From: Candidatus Thorarchaeota archaeon
GTDB lineage: Archaea > Asgardarchaeota > Thorarchaeia > Thorarchaeales > Thorarchaeaceae
Length of the DNA stretch: 64,000 bases
Assembly (NCBI GenBank): GCA_046482545.1
Contig: JAWOEX010000010.1
Coordinates: 173,886-237,885 of the forward strand
Reading direction: 5' to 3'
Positions 38,716 to 48,372 of this stretch are shown piece by piece. The stretch's first letter is position 1; each line of letters starts with the position of its first letter. Below the pieces are notes generated by a model. That model ran no database searches and was not told where the DNA came from. It worked only from the letters and a program-made list of their open reading frames with translations. The position numbers were made by a program, and so were the translations under genes.

Positions 38716-39909
38716 ATGTGGAGAATGCCAAGAAAAATGAAGCATGCTTATCTTGATTATCAGTCGGCAAAACCGGTTGACCCTAGAGTGGTCGATGCAA
38801 TGCTCCCCTATTTCACAGAGAAATTTGGCAACCCATCAGCACTCCACGAAATCGGCGATGAGGCAACTGAAGCTCTGGAGAATAGCAGAAAACAGATTAA
38901 AGAGTTCATCAATGGTGGAGAGGAAAATATCGTCTTCACCTCAGGAGCAACGGAATCAATCAATTTGGGAATCATTGGCTATGCTCGTCGCAACCGAAGG
39001 AAAGGAAAACACATAGTCATCTCAGAAGTGGAGCATATATCAATTCGGAACATAGCCAAGTACCTGGAGAGGGAAGGGTTCACCGTATCTAGAGTTCCCG
39101 TCGATCAGTATGGGATGATTCAGCTGGAGAAACTCGAGCGTAGACTCAGGGATGATACTATCCTTGTATCAATTGGTTATGCAAACAACGAGATAGGCAC
39201 TATCCAACCGATGGAAGAAATCGGAAAAATGACAAGTGAACAAGGCATTGCCCTGCATACGGATGCGGTCGCTGCAGAAAGCCTTGTTCATCTCGATGTT
39301 GAACGAGATAACATCGACCTTATGACAATGTCCTCCAACGATATCTACGGGCCAAGAGGAGCAGGCATACTCTACTACAGAAGCCGTTCAAGACCCAACC
39401 CCGTTATGTTGGGAGGCGGACAAGAAGGCGGTCTGCGATCTGGCACTGAGAATCTGCCAGCAATAGTTGGAATGAGTGAAGCTGCGAAAATCATGGAACA
39501 CGAAATGGATTCAGAGGTGAAAGAACTAGAGAGCTTCCGTGACAAACTCATAGACGGAGTCCTCAACACCGTACCTGATTCACACCTAAACGGTCATCCG
39601 ACACAGCGTTTGGCCAATAACGCTCATTTCAGATTCGATGGTGTTGAAGGAGAAGCAATACTTCTCTCATTCAAGGATAAAGGAATCTCAGTATCAACAG
39701 GGTCTGCATGTACGTCTAGAACACTTCAGCCCTCACACACACTTATTGCTACAGGTCTCTTGCATGAGGAAGCACATGGTTCATTACAATTCACAGTAGG
39801 AAGATTCACAGAAGATAACGATGTGGAGCGTGCTCTTGAGGCTACACCCGATATCATTAGAAGACTAAGAGAAATGTCGCCAATTTACAAAAGAAAGGAA
39901 GGTGCATAG
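38716..39909 (+). CDS. iscS: IscS/NifS-like protein with Asp at the PLP-lysine position
   Basis: YLD, FTSGATES, ANNEIGT, SSNDIYGPRG (canonical SxHKxYGPKG), STGSACTS. Confidence 0.9.
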   Translation: MWRMPRKMKHAYLDYQSAKPVDPRVVDAMLPYFTEKFGNPSALHEIGDEATEALENSRKQIKEFINGGEENIVFTSGATESINLGIIGYARRNRRKGKHIVISEVEHISIRNIAKYLEREGFTVSRVPVDQYGMIQLEKLERRLRDDTILVSIGYANNEIGTIQPMEEIGKMTSEQGIALHTDAVAAESLVHLDVERDNIDLMTMSSNDIYGPRGAGILYYRSRSRPNPVMLGGGQEGGLRSGTENLPAIVGMSEAAKIMEHEMDSEVKELESFRDKLIDGVLNTVPDSHLNGHPTQRLANNAHFRFDGVEGEAILLSFKDKGISVSTGSACTSRTLQPSHTLIATGLLHEEAHGSLQFTVGRFTEDNDVERALEATPDIIRRLREMSPIYKRKEGA

Positions 39910-39912
39910 AAG

Positions 39913-40686
39913 ATGAAATCAACGCAGTATTCAGACAAAGTCATGGATCACTTCCAGAACCCTAGGAATGTTGGAACACTAGAAGGAAAAAATGTTGCCG
40001 TGGGGAGAGTAGGTAATCCTACGTGCGGTGATCTGATGGAGATGTTTGTTAGAATAGAAGATGACCGTATTGAGGATATCAAATTCCGTACCTTCGGTTG
40101 TGGTTCGGCAATTGCAACTAGCAGCATGATTACTGAAATGGTAAAGGGAAAAACAATCGAAGAAGCAATGAAAATAACCCGACAAGATGTCGCAGACGAG
40201 CTTGACGGGTTGCCAGCCATAAAGATGCATTGTTCCAATTTGGCATCAAGAGCCTTACACGAGGCGATACGGCAGTATCAAAAAGGAGAGGGAGAAGAGA
40301 TAGAGTCAGAACTGGAACCCTGTCAGAAGGATAAGATTGAGGGGCTGGAGGAATTCATCGGAAAGGGCCTCTATCGAGAGGTAGAGAACCTAGAGGATTT
40401 GAAAGACAAGAGAATCCTCATCGTTCACAGAAACGATTCATCAATAGAAATGGCAATCAAACTCACTGGTTACTCTAATCGTGTTGTTCTCATGACGTGC
40501 ACAAAGAGCTTCGAGACAACCAAGGACTTGGAGAAAGCTCTCGAAGAGTCCTCGGTAAAGCTTCTCAAGGAATCTCAGCTTCTAGGTGTCTCTGGTGAAT
40601 TGGAAGTTGAAAAAGCTCGGATCCGTGATTTGGACGATCATGATGAATACGAACTGTTTACTGATGCTGTTGTGATTGGCAAGTAA
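39913..40686 (+). CDS. iscU: IscU/NifU scaffold fused to an extra C-terminal domain
   Basis: DHFQNPRNVG, GNPTCGD, FGCGSAIA, KMHCSNLA, then ~120 additional aa. Confidence 0.92.
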   Translation: MKSTQYSDKVMDHFQNPRNVGTLEGKNVAVGRVGNPTCGDLMEMFVRIEDDRIEDIKFRTFGCGSAIATSSMITEMVKGKTIEEAMKITRQDVADELDGLPAIKMHCSNLASRALHEAIRQYQKGEGEEIESELEPCQKDKIEGLEEFIGKGLYREVENLEDLKDKRILIVHRNDSSIEMAIKLTGYSNRVVLMTCTKSFETTKDLEKALEESSVKLLKESQLLGVSGELEVEKARIRDLDDHDEYELFTDAVVIGK

Positions 40687-40730
40687 GGATTGAAGCTAGT
40701 CCCATTGGGGCTGGCCATTTCCATCAGACT

Positions 40731-41405
40731 TCATTCCACACCAAAGTTCTCTGCAATAGAGCGGTCATACGGAGCTCTTCTGCCAATGCATTTTTCGCGC
40801 TCACAGATTTGACAGCTGTAGAAAGGCTCTTCGCTCTTGAAGTAAAGACCTGATATCGATTTTCTTGGATACATTATCAGGTTCTCCTGCAACTTCACGC
40901 CAATCCGCTCTCGAACATCGCCCAACAGTCGAAACAAGTCTCGCTGCCCTTCTAGTTTGAAATCGTCAACTGAACCAGGGTTGTACCACGATAAGGTGGA
41001 GCTTCCTGAGAGGAGTTGCAGATGCTGCTGTAATCGTTGTGATGCCTGCAATAAGACGAAATCGCCGAGATATTCATAACAATACTGTTGGAGAGAATCA
41101 TCAACTCGCCTAGCTCTTTTCTCAACAGCGTCACCGATGGTCATCACGAAAGGAAAAACTGAATCCGATTCCGAAAGCACGCGTGCAAGTACATTGCTTT
41201 GGAAACGTGAACCGTCTATTACTACGACTCCTTCACCTACTTCTTGAACATGGCAATGCTCCCAGACAGCTTTCGGTTCTGCAATGCTCTGAACTTCTTC
41301 CAGTATTGAAGTGAAATCAGCTTCTCTTGTTTGTTCTTCAGTCAAATGGAGCTTGTCTGCGGCAATCTCTAAGCGAATGTCAACCTCTATCTTGAAAACC
41401 GGCAA
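40731..41405 (-). CDS. B12-dependent methionine synthase activation-domain-like protein
   Basis: FVMTIG, NPG...Q..LF, IGV.L...MYPRKSISG, C-x2-C-x4-C. Confidence 0.8.
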   Translation of the reverse strand: MPVFKIEVDIRLEIAADKLHLTEEQTREADFTSILEEVQSIAEPKAVWEHCHVQEVGEGVVVIDGSRFQSNVLARVLSESDSVFPFVMTIGDAVEKRARRVDDSLQQYCYEYLGDFVLLQASQRLQQHLQLLSGSSTLSWYNPGSVDDFKLEGQRDLFRLLGDVRERIGVKLQENLIMYPRKSISGLYFKSEEPFYSCQICEREKCIGRRAPYDRSIAENFGVE

Positions 41406-41650
41406 TGAAGTTCCCCGAAAAACTATGTACTTACAAAGAAAAAACCATTGTCATGTAGGAGTTATCCGAATTTGAGAGCAATACGAATCGACAGAAATAC
41501 AAAATAGCAGAAAGCGGTTAGGAATGTATCTCAATAATCATCTACATCAGCTTAGAATCTCGACTGACTGCCCAAAAGACAGCTTATATGTACGTTATAA
41601 TGTATACATAATAATGTATATTAATTCGTTCTCAAGAACAAAATCTGAAG

Positions 41651-41956
41651 ATGATTCAATCGGAGAATGGATCTAATGGCTCGCGAATCGGACTTCCCGA
41701 AGCCATGGACAGAGTGCTAGACGCCTTGAGTGAAGATGTTTCGTATTCTATCTCAAAGCTGTCAAGGAAAACAGGCCTTGATAGAAGAACAGTCGACAAA
41801 GTCATCGACATAATTCTTGAGATGCAGAAGACACTGAGATCGAAGACTCTGACGAAGAAGAGAGCAGGGCGCAGCTATGTCATTCAATTGCGGGATAGAA
41901 TCAAGAAAGCAAAAGAACGCGTGTCGGGCTTGAGGAAGAAATCAAAGGAGGCGTAA
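41651..41956 (+). CDS. HTH protein
   Basis: SISKLSRKTGLDRRTVDK. Confidence 0.75.
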   Translation: MIQSENGSNGSRIGLPEAMDRVLDALSEDVSYSISKLSRKTGLDRRTVDKVIDIILEMQKTLRSKTLTKKRAGRSYVIQLRDRIKKAKERVSGLRKKSKEA

Positions 41957-41961
41957 TTCTG

Positions 41962-42486
41962 ATGTCTGTCAGAAATGGAGTCATTATGACTGCGTGTATG
42001 GTGTTTTTAGGGTCCGCAACTACCCATATGCTGTATCAGTCCCATGGGGTAGGTGTGGGTATACAAATAATGGTGACGCTCACCGTTGCAACTATTGGTG
42101 AGCACTACGTATCTAGTGAAGGGTACTATCATTATACCTCCATGAACGGTATTTTCGTAGGTCGCGTTCCTATATGGATTCCATTCATGTGGCTGGTGAT
42201 TGTGCAGTCAGCCTATTTGATACCCTCAGTACTAGGAATGTCGGGTATAACCAGCATCATCTCAGCTGGCATCATCGGTCTGCTTTGTGACATGGCGTTC
42301 ATTGAGCCAGTCCTTTGCAGGATAGGAGGCTTATGGAAGTGGACACCTGTTTCCAATGGATACTTCAGCTTCGTACCTTCTATGCTGAATCGCCTGATAG
42401 CACCGTTTGGTAATTACTTTGTTTGGTTTGTTTTCCCCGTGCTCATGGCTACAATCCTTGAAATCAGTCTTGTAATCACCGCCTAA
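41962..42486 (+). CDS. DUF422/CruF-like membrane protein
   Basis: GYYHY, GRVPIWIPFMW, D..IEP, W.W, GNYFVWF. Confidence 0.75.
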   Translation: MSVRNGVIMTACMVFLGSATTHMLYQSHGVGVGIQIMVTLTVATIGEHYVSSEGYYHYTSMNGIFVGRVPIWIPFMWLVIVQSAYLIPSVLGMSGITSIISAGIIGLLCDMAFIEPVLCRIGGLWKWTPVSNGYFSFVPSMLNRLIAPFGNYFVWFVFPVLMATILEISLVITA

Positions 42487-42528
42487 GCCGCTCACAATTT
42501 CTGCAGGAAGACACTCCATCAATGGACG

Positions 42529-43383
42529 CTAGACCAATGTATCGTGTGAAACTGATTTGAGCCAATTCAATGCTTGGAGGAAATTCGGCCAGCTTTCTTC
42601 ATCAATCCCCCCTTCAGGTTCCAGGGTTAGGGGTCCATCGTACCCCCATCTCCGAACGACTAGTTCAATGGCATCTTGAAAGCTAAACGGTGCTTCAGGT
42701 AACTCCCATCTCCCACCTTGAAGATATCCACGGACATGAATATTGGCAATTCTGTCCATTAGTCGCTCAAACTTGGACAACTCATCATACATCGCTGCCC
42801 ATCTGGTATCAAGCGTAATCCAATCGAATTGTTCAACCAGTGCTACTGGGGTAAGATCTGGAAGATGTGTAGGTACGTTTTCAACAGATGCAACTATACC
42901 AGGAAAATGGCTACCTTCTTCACTCAATATCGCTTCTAGTTGATCAATGTTGAAAGACTTGCTATACGTGTCCCAGGCATGGAAGACTGCAATATTGGCT
43001 CCTACTCTTTCTGCAAGCTCCAGCGTATCATGTATCATTTTGCGGCCATACTGGATTTCTGCATCGTTGCCACAGAGATAGATGCCAACATCCCTGTTTG
43101 CATGCACGGAAAGAATGGGTACACCGGAATCCGTAAGAATCTTCGCTAGCGAATCCACATCATAACCCGAGCTTTCTTTCCAAGGTTCCCTTCGAATCCC
43201 GGGACTACTTTCTACCTTAGGGGGAAACTTTTTCTCCCACTCTGCTAGCCACTGAAACTCAAAGCCGTTTACAACTGATTCATCACATAGCTTCTGCATC
43301 ACACACAGAGTTGCATCCACATCATAGTACGTGCGTCCTACTAAAGCCGGTAATGGAGCGGAAGTCACAGAGAGTCTGTTCAA
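42529..43383 (-). CDS. AP-endonuclease-2 / sugar-phosphate isomerase TIM barrel
   Basis: SVHA, VFH, VENVP, TLD, NIH, TLE. Confidence 0.8.
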   Translation of the reverse strand: MNRLSVTSAPLPALVGRTYYDVDATLCVMQKLCDESVVNGFEFQWLAEWEKKFPPKVESSPGIRREPWKESSGYDVDSLAKILTDSGVPILSVHANRDVGIYLCGNDAEIQYGRKMIHDTLELAERVGANIAVFHAWDTYSKSFNIDQLEAILSEEGSHFPGIVASVENVPTHLPDLTPVALVEQFDWITLDTRWAAMYDELSKFERLMDRIANIHVRGYLQGGRWELPEAPFSFQDAIELVVRRWGYDGPLTLEPEGGIDEESWPNFLQALNWLKSVSHDTLV

Positions 43384-43591
43384 ACTGTCATGCCTCGATG
43401 TCCAGAAAGTCGTTCTGAATTCGCTGTTGTCTTGAGTGTATTAAGTACTGAGGCTGGCTCAATACTCAGAAAATTTGAAGCAATAATCGTTTTTTCTTTT
43501 CAAAAGAGTAGTAAGCAACCAAAGCATATATGTCAATGGAATTTGCCAACTGTTGAATGGCGAATACCTCGTAAAGTGAGGTTCGATTGAT

Positions 43592-43867
43592 ATGCCTTTG
43601 ACTAACAGCACATTGCTAGTACTCGGACAACTTCTGAAGAGAGGCCCGATGCCCCCTAAGGAAATCTCGAAGAAAGCAGGTGTCGCGCCGCGTACTGTCT
43701 CAAATGCTCTTCGTGAGCTCAGAAATAGGAACCTCTGTGCAAAGATGCCAAACTTACAAGATATGCGCAGTCCACTGTATTATGCCAACAAAGACAGAAT
43801 CAGAGAGATCTACGGAAAGCCCGATGTCTGGTTATCCCAGCTGACATCAAGAATGAAGAATATGTAA
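43592..43867 (+). CDS. Small wHTH regulator (paralog 1 of 3)
   Basis: GPMPPKEIS...PRTVS.ALRELR...PNLQDMRSPLYYANK. Confidence 0.85.
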   Translation: MPLTNSTLLVLGQLLKRGPMPPKEISKKAGVAPRTVSNALRELRNRNLCAKMPNLQDMRSPLYYANKDRIREIYGKPDVWLSQLTSRMKNM

Positions 43868-43926
43868 CAAAAGGCCCATTAGCACCTGTCTATGGCTGCA
43901 CAACCAAGCTTGAGAAAGGGTGTCAT

Positions 43927-44484
43927 TTGACTGAAAGACTAACCGAGAAGGAAATAGTCAGAATAGGCAAATTCATGGCTTACCTCTTGCGTCATCACCC
44001 CGAGGCACAGGGCCTTGAAATAGACCGAGAGGGGGGATGGGTTTCTGTTGACAAAATGCTGCGAATCCTAGATATCTCCCTAGTACAGCTTGAGCAAATT
44101 GTTAGAAGAGATAGCAAAGGCCGCTTTTCTTTCGAAGATGATTCACATCAAAGAATCCGAGCAAATTACGGTCACAGCATAGACATAGAGTTGGATCTGG
44201 AGGAAATCGAACCACCCGATTTGCTTTACCATGGAACTGCTGAGCGCAAGTTGAGCCACATTCTCAAGAAGGGCATCAAAAAGATGAATCGACGCTATGT
44301 TCATCTTTCCAAAGAGTTTGAAACAGCGGTAACGGTTGGGCGGAGACATGGGAAGGCTACTGTTATTGTTATCAATGCCAAAATGATGCATAACCATGGA
44401 AAGAAATTCTTCCTGTCAGGTGATGAGACCTTTCTTACAGAATTTGTGCATCCGCGATACTTCAAACGGGTAGAGAAACCATAG
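43927..44484 (+). CDS. kptA: RNA 2'-phosphotransferase
   Basis: LLRHHP, KGRF, IRANYGHS, LYHGT, RRYVHLS. Confidence 0.95.
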   Translation: MTERLTEKEIVRIGKFMAYLLRHHPEAQGLEIDREGGWVSVDKMLRILDISLVQLEQIVRRDSKGRFSFEDDSHQRIRANYGHSIDIELDLEEIEPPDLLYHGTAERKLSHILKKGIKKMNRRYVHLSKEFETAVTVGRRHGKATVIVINAKMMHNHGKKFFLSGDETFLTEFVHPRYFKRVEKP

Positions 44485-44506
44485 CTAGATGGTTGGGATT
44501 TCGGAA

Positions 44507-45646
44507 TCATTGGGCAGATAAGGAACGAATCAAGTCCAAGGAGTCATCAACGGGTATCACCCATGTGTTCTTCTCGGAATCAAAAAGGTCAAAGACACTT
44601 TCATGTTCACCGCTCTTCCTCCTGAGAAGTGCTTGGTATTGGAGAAAATAGGATTTCAAGTAGGGTCGTAGGACATGGAATCGATCCATAAAATGCTTGA
44701 AAATTCCACTTGAGATTCCGATTTTAAGGCAGTACTTGTTCAATGATTCAGCAGAGATTCCGATAAGGAACGGCAACTCAGAAATCTTGGCCAAAACGGC
44801 CCACGGATTCTTTGCTATCTCGATATAGAGAGCAACATGAATCCGTTCGCCCCCGGGAGTGTATGCAGGTTTATACCCCTTGATGATGCCTTCATTCTCC
44901 ATGCGTCGTATTCTAGCCGATACAGATCCTTCAGAAAGCTCGAGCTCCTTTGCTAGCTTCCGTTGTGTAATCTTGCTATTCTGAATCATCTTTTCAAGTA
45001 TCAAGACATCTTGATGGTCAAATTGAGCTACTCCGGTTCCTTTACTAAAGTTAAGATCCAGCGGAATATCTTCTGGGTTGATACTGGTAAAGTCTCCAGG
45101 CCAACTCTGCCAATCCCAGTTCAAACTGTTATCAGGTTGTATCCGATGGAAGTCGGTTGTCTTCAGTTCATAGTCAACGATATCCAAAATATGATAGTCA
45201 CTAATGAGACCAACATCCCGCATCTCTTCCAGCAGCATTCGGTCTAAATTCGGCATTGTCAGGGGATACATGGCATGCACTTCGTATCCATTATACTTCC
45301 CATAAACGGCGGTCCACCAGTAAAAGCTAGGAATGGCCTCGATGATCCGGAGAAGCCGTTTGGTTTCGCTCGGAATCTCTTCAATCTCGATTATGTGTTC
45401 TCCCAACCCCATTTTCCGTTCATGAGTCATAATCCGTGGTGAATGGAGCAATTCCTTTTCGTAAAGCTTGTTGAGCCTATACCTGATTGTCCTTGGTTTT
45501 GGCAAGTCAGTCGTAGATTTGGTATCCCCTTTTTCATACGCTTTTTTGAGGTGATTGTAAATCTCCCTCGCCGATGTTTTAGCCCCCAACTGGTCCAATG
45601 CAGCCATGATATGAAGGTCTGTTTGGTCAATGTCAAGTCTGCTCAT
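44507..45646 (-). CDS. Double Lrp/AsnC-type regulator
   Basis: Two wHTH units (RTIRYRL; QRKLAKELELSEGSVSARIRRME); paralog of 46114-47205. Confidence 0.85.
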   Translation of the reverse strand: MSRLDIDQTDLHIMAALDQLGAKTSAREIYNHLKKAYEKGDTKSTTDLPKPRTIRYRLNKLYEKELLHSPRIMTHERKMGLGEHIIEIEEIPSETKRLLRIIEAIPSFYWWTAVYGKYNGYEVHAMYPLTMPNLDRMLLEEMRDVGLISDYHILDIVDYELKTTDFHRIQPDNSLNWDWQSWPGDFTSINPEDIPLDLNFSKGTGVAQFDHQDVLILEKMIQNSKITQRKLAKELELSEGSVSARIRRMENEGIIKGYKPAYTPGGERIHVALYIEIAKNPWAVLAKISELPFLIGISAESLNKYCLKIGISSGIFKHFMDRFHVLRPYLKSYFLQYQALLRRKSGEHESVFDLFDSEKNTWVIPVDDSLDLIRSLSAQ

Positions 45647-45649
45647 GCA

Positions 45650-45925
45650 ATGATCTCTACGCATTTCTGTCGGTCAATCAACGCATTCCCACATATAGTG
45701 TCAGCTTGCCCACAGAGCGAGTACGGTAATGTGGTTACGTATTTGGCAAGCCAAGGTCCTGCATGTCCCAAAGAGATTGCAGATAAACTAGACATAGCTC
45801 CAAGAACCGTTAGTTTCGCCCTGCGAAAGCTCCGTAAAAGAATCCCCAACTTCCATGATATGCGTAAACCCAAGTACCTTGCAAACAAAGAAAAACTCCA
45901 GGAACTTGAGGCAAAAAATCGATGA
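45650..45925 (+). CDS. Small wHTH regulator (paralog 2), possibly degenerate
   Basis: GPACPKEIA...PRTVSFALRKLRKRIPNFHDMRKP; ~5-aa deletion relative to its paralogs. Confidence 0.6.
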   Translation: MISTHFCRSINAFPHIVSACPQSEYGNVVTYLASQGPACPKEIADKLDIAPRTVSFALRKLRKRIPNFHDMRKPKYLANKEKLQELEAKNR

Positions 45926-46113
45926 GTGGCGTGCCCAGCTGAATGTACAGCTCGAGGTGCTCTAGCGGTATTCAACCAAATCAAACGTGACTAAACGTCC
46001 CCTGCAAATCAGGGTCGATATCTCTCCATCTCCTCAGAAGGATAGACGGGCACATAACAAGAAGGAGATTTCCCTCTTTCTCTCACACAATCCGTTTGAT
46101 GTTTCAGCAGTGG

Positions 46114-47205
46114 TTACCTCGTATCAGCGAATTCGTCGATAACCTGAATGCATCTGGCCTTCATGGACTGCCAGCTGTTCTTCTCTTCATCATATAGGTC
46201 GTAGGCACGATAGGTCGGCACCAATGACGGATCGTGTTGGGTTTGAAAGAAGAAAGATTCAAGGTGAGGGCGCAGTTCATCGAATGCCTGAAGGAAATCC
46301 TTGGTCTCTTCCATCGGGAGTCCAAATCTAATGCAGAACTCAGTTGGAGATTGCATCATGACATACAATGGAAAGGGCAATTGATAGAAACAACTCAGAA
46401 CTGAGTCGTAGGGGCGCAGAAGCTGAATGAAACATGAAACGAGTAATTCCTGGCCGAATTCACCAATGACACATTTGTACCCCTTGATGACCCCTTCCTG
46501 TTCCAAGTGATTTATTCTCCTGTTGATTTGTGTCTCCGATAGATTGAGGATATCACCGAGATCCTTGAGCGTCATGTCAGCATTCCGCGTTAGATATCGC
46601 AGCAGTCTAATATCCTTTGAATTGAAGGAAACAGGATGAGGATCCTGTGTGATAGGAGGATGGAATTCATCTTTCATTAGGCATTTTTCCACGATATCGG
46701 GCCATCGTGACCAATCCCAAATCCATCTGTCTTCGTGACAATAATGGCTGAAATCAACAGGCTTGACATGAAAATCAACCATGTCAAACAGGTAATAGTC
46801 AGAAATCAGGTTATGCTTCTTCATCTGATATAGAATCTGCTCGTTCACTTCGGAGTCAGAAAGAGGATAGACCGAATGGACTACATACCCATTGTATTTC
46901 CCATAGGTGGGACTGAACCAGTAGAAAGGGGGCATGGCTTTTATCAATCGGTCAAGCCCTAGTTTGCTCGGATTCTTTTGATTCATTATCAGAATATGCT
47001 CGCCCAAACCAAGTTTCCGTTCGTATGTCATTGCATAGGGAGAAAGAAGGATTTTGTTTTCCTTCATTTTGGATAGGCGATATCGGATTGTTCTTGCGGG
47101 TATGCCCAGTATGTTTTCAAGCTCTTCTGTGGACTTCTTCGCGCCATGTTTTTCCAGCGCATTGAGTATGCGTATGTCCTTATCATCGAGCTCATATTCA
47201 GCCAT
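46114..47205 (-). CDS. Double Lrp/AsnC-type regulator
   Basis: LDDKDIRIL...RTIRYRL; a second HTH; shares ERKxGLGEH and YGKYNGY with 44507-45646. Confidence 0.87.
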   Translation of the reverse strand: MAEYELDDKDIRILNALEKHGAKKSTEELENILGIPARTIRYRLSKMKENKILLSPYAMTYERKLGLGEHILIMNQKNPSKLGLDRLIKAMPPFYWFSPTYGKYNGYVVHSVYPLSDSEVNEQILYQMKKHNLISDYYLFDMVDFHVKPVDFSHYCHEDRWIWDWSRWPDIVEKCLMKDEFHPPITQDPHPVSFNSKDIRLLRYLTRNADMTLKDLGDILNLSETQINRRINHLEQEGVIKGYKCVIGEFGQELLVSCFIQLLRPYDSVLSCFYQLPFPLYVMMQSPTEFCIRFGLPMEETKDFLQAFDELRPHLESFFFQTQHDPSLVPTYRAYDLYDEEKNSWQSMKARCIQVIDEFADTR

Positions 47206-47402
47206 TGCATCTCCAGCCTTGAAAGTTTACGGCGTTCTGCAAATCAAAAGGCGCTCTAGTAGGCACCAGAGCTTATCTTCTTCCTAGTTGGTCGTAGGAC
47301 AAACATGGCAAAACCCTTAATAACGTATTTGCCAAAAGTAACATTGCTATGGGAAAAACGGCAATATTCTGATATTAGTTTGCCATCTTTCTCATTCAAA
47401 AT

Positions 47403-47714
47403 TTGGAGAAAAAGCAGATGGCTGGTGGCAATGCTGTTCCGAATTTCACCGCGAGTACAGTAGAAGTGCTCAAGCATCTGGCTAGCGAGGGTCCGATGTG
47501 TCCAAAAGATATCTCCAAAGAAACAGGAGTTTCACTTCGAACCGTTTCTTTTGCCCTACGTGAGCTTCGCCAAGAAAATCTGTGCCGGAGGATTCCCAAC
47601 CTCCAAGATATGCGAAAGCCGCTTTACTCGGCTAATAAAGAGAACCTGCGACATCTTCAAAACAAAATCGATACTTGGCGTGCACTGATTCGGTCTCGCA
47701 TGAAAGAAATGTAA
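47403..47714 (+). CDS. Small wHTH regulator (paralog 3)
   Basis: GPMCPKDIS...RTVSFALRELR...IPNLQDMRKPLYSANK. Confidence 0.85.
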   Translation: MEKKQMAGGNAVPNFTASTVEVLKHLASEGPMCPKDISKETGVSLRTVSFALRELRQENLCRRIPNLQDMRKPLYSANKENLRHLQNKIDTWRALIRSRMKEM

Positions 47715-47814
47715 GACCCACCCACTTCTGGGCGGGATTCTCGCTCTCACGTAGTGTTGTATGCGTTTGACAGTTGCTTGTACGATTCTCTCTGGCAGGT
47801 TGACTGCCTCTATA

Positions 47815-48288
47815 TTAGCCTGGAACCGGGGGCCAGCTACCTTGGATTTTGCGATTAGCAACAATTTGACCGATGTGATATGAGTTGTGCAATTCAAGAA
47901 TCATGAAGGCTCGAGCAGCAGGCATATCTCGCCATCGATGAAGAGGTGTATCAGCATCTATATTCTCAATGACTCGCTCCGCTTCTTCAATTCCGTGCTC
48001 GAATTTGTCCACTAGTTCGTCCCACGAATGAGCTTCTTGCTCTTCGTAAGATGGCCAATCCGATTCCGCTGCTTCTTCCCAATTAACAGGTTTTCCTCTG
48101 ATTGCATCAAGTATACGTTCCTGCCAATACACAGTATGGTAGAGTAACTCCCAAGAAGAAAACTGATCTGGATTGAGTTCCTGAGCAGCTTTCTTGTGGC
48201 TGAGACCGCTCAATGCTTCAACAGGGTCAACATGTGAAAGGTCCGCGGTTAATCCGTTAGTCAATATTTCTCTGATTACGCCTTCCAT
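47815..48288 (-). CDS. DinB family protein
   Basis: WELLYH..YWQ, HNSYHIGQI. Confidence 0.88.
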   Translation of the reverse strand: MEGVIREILTNGLTADLSHVDPVEALSGLSHKKAAQELNPDQFSSWELLYHTVYWQERILDAIRGKPVNWEEAAESDWPSYEEQEAHSWDELVDKFEHGIEEAERVIENIDADTPLHRWRDMPAARAFMILELHNSYHIGQIVANRKIQGSWPPVPG

Positions 48289-48372
48289 GATTTCCTCCTC
48301 TGAAAAGATCGATTTCTTGTATATTGTTAAGATATGATAGGTTTCAAGGTTTGCCTTTCCGAACCTCCGAGA

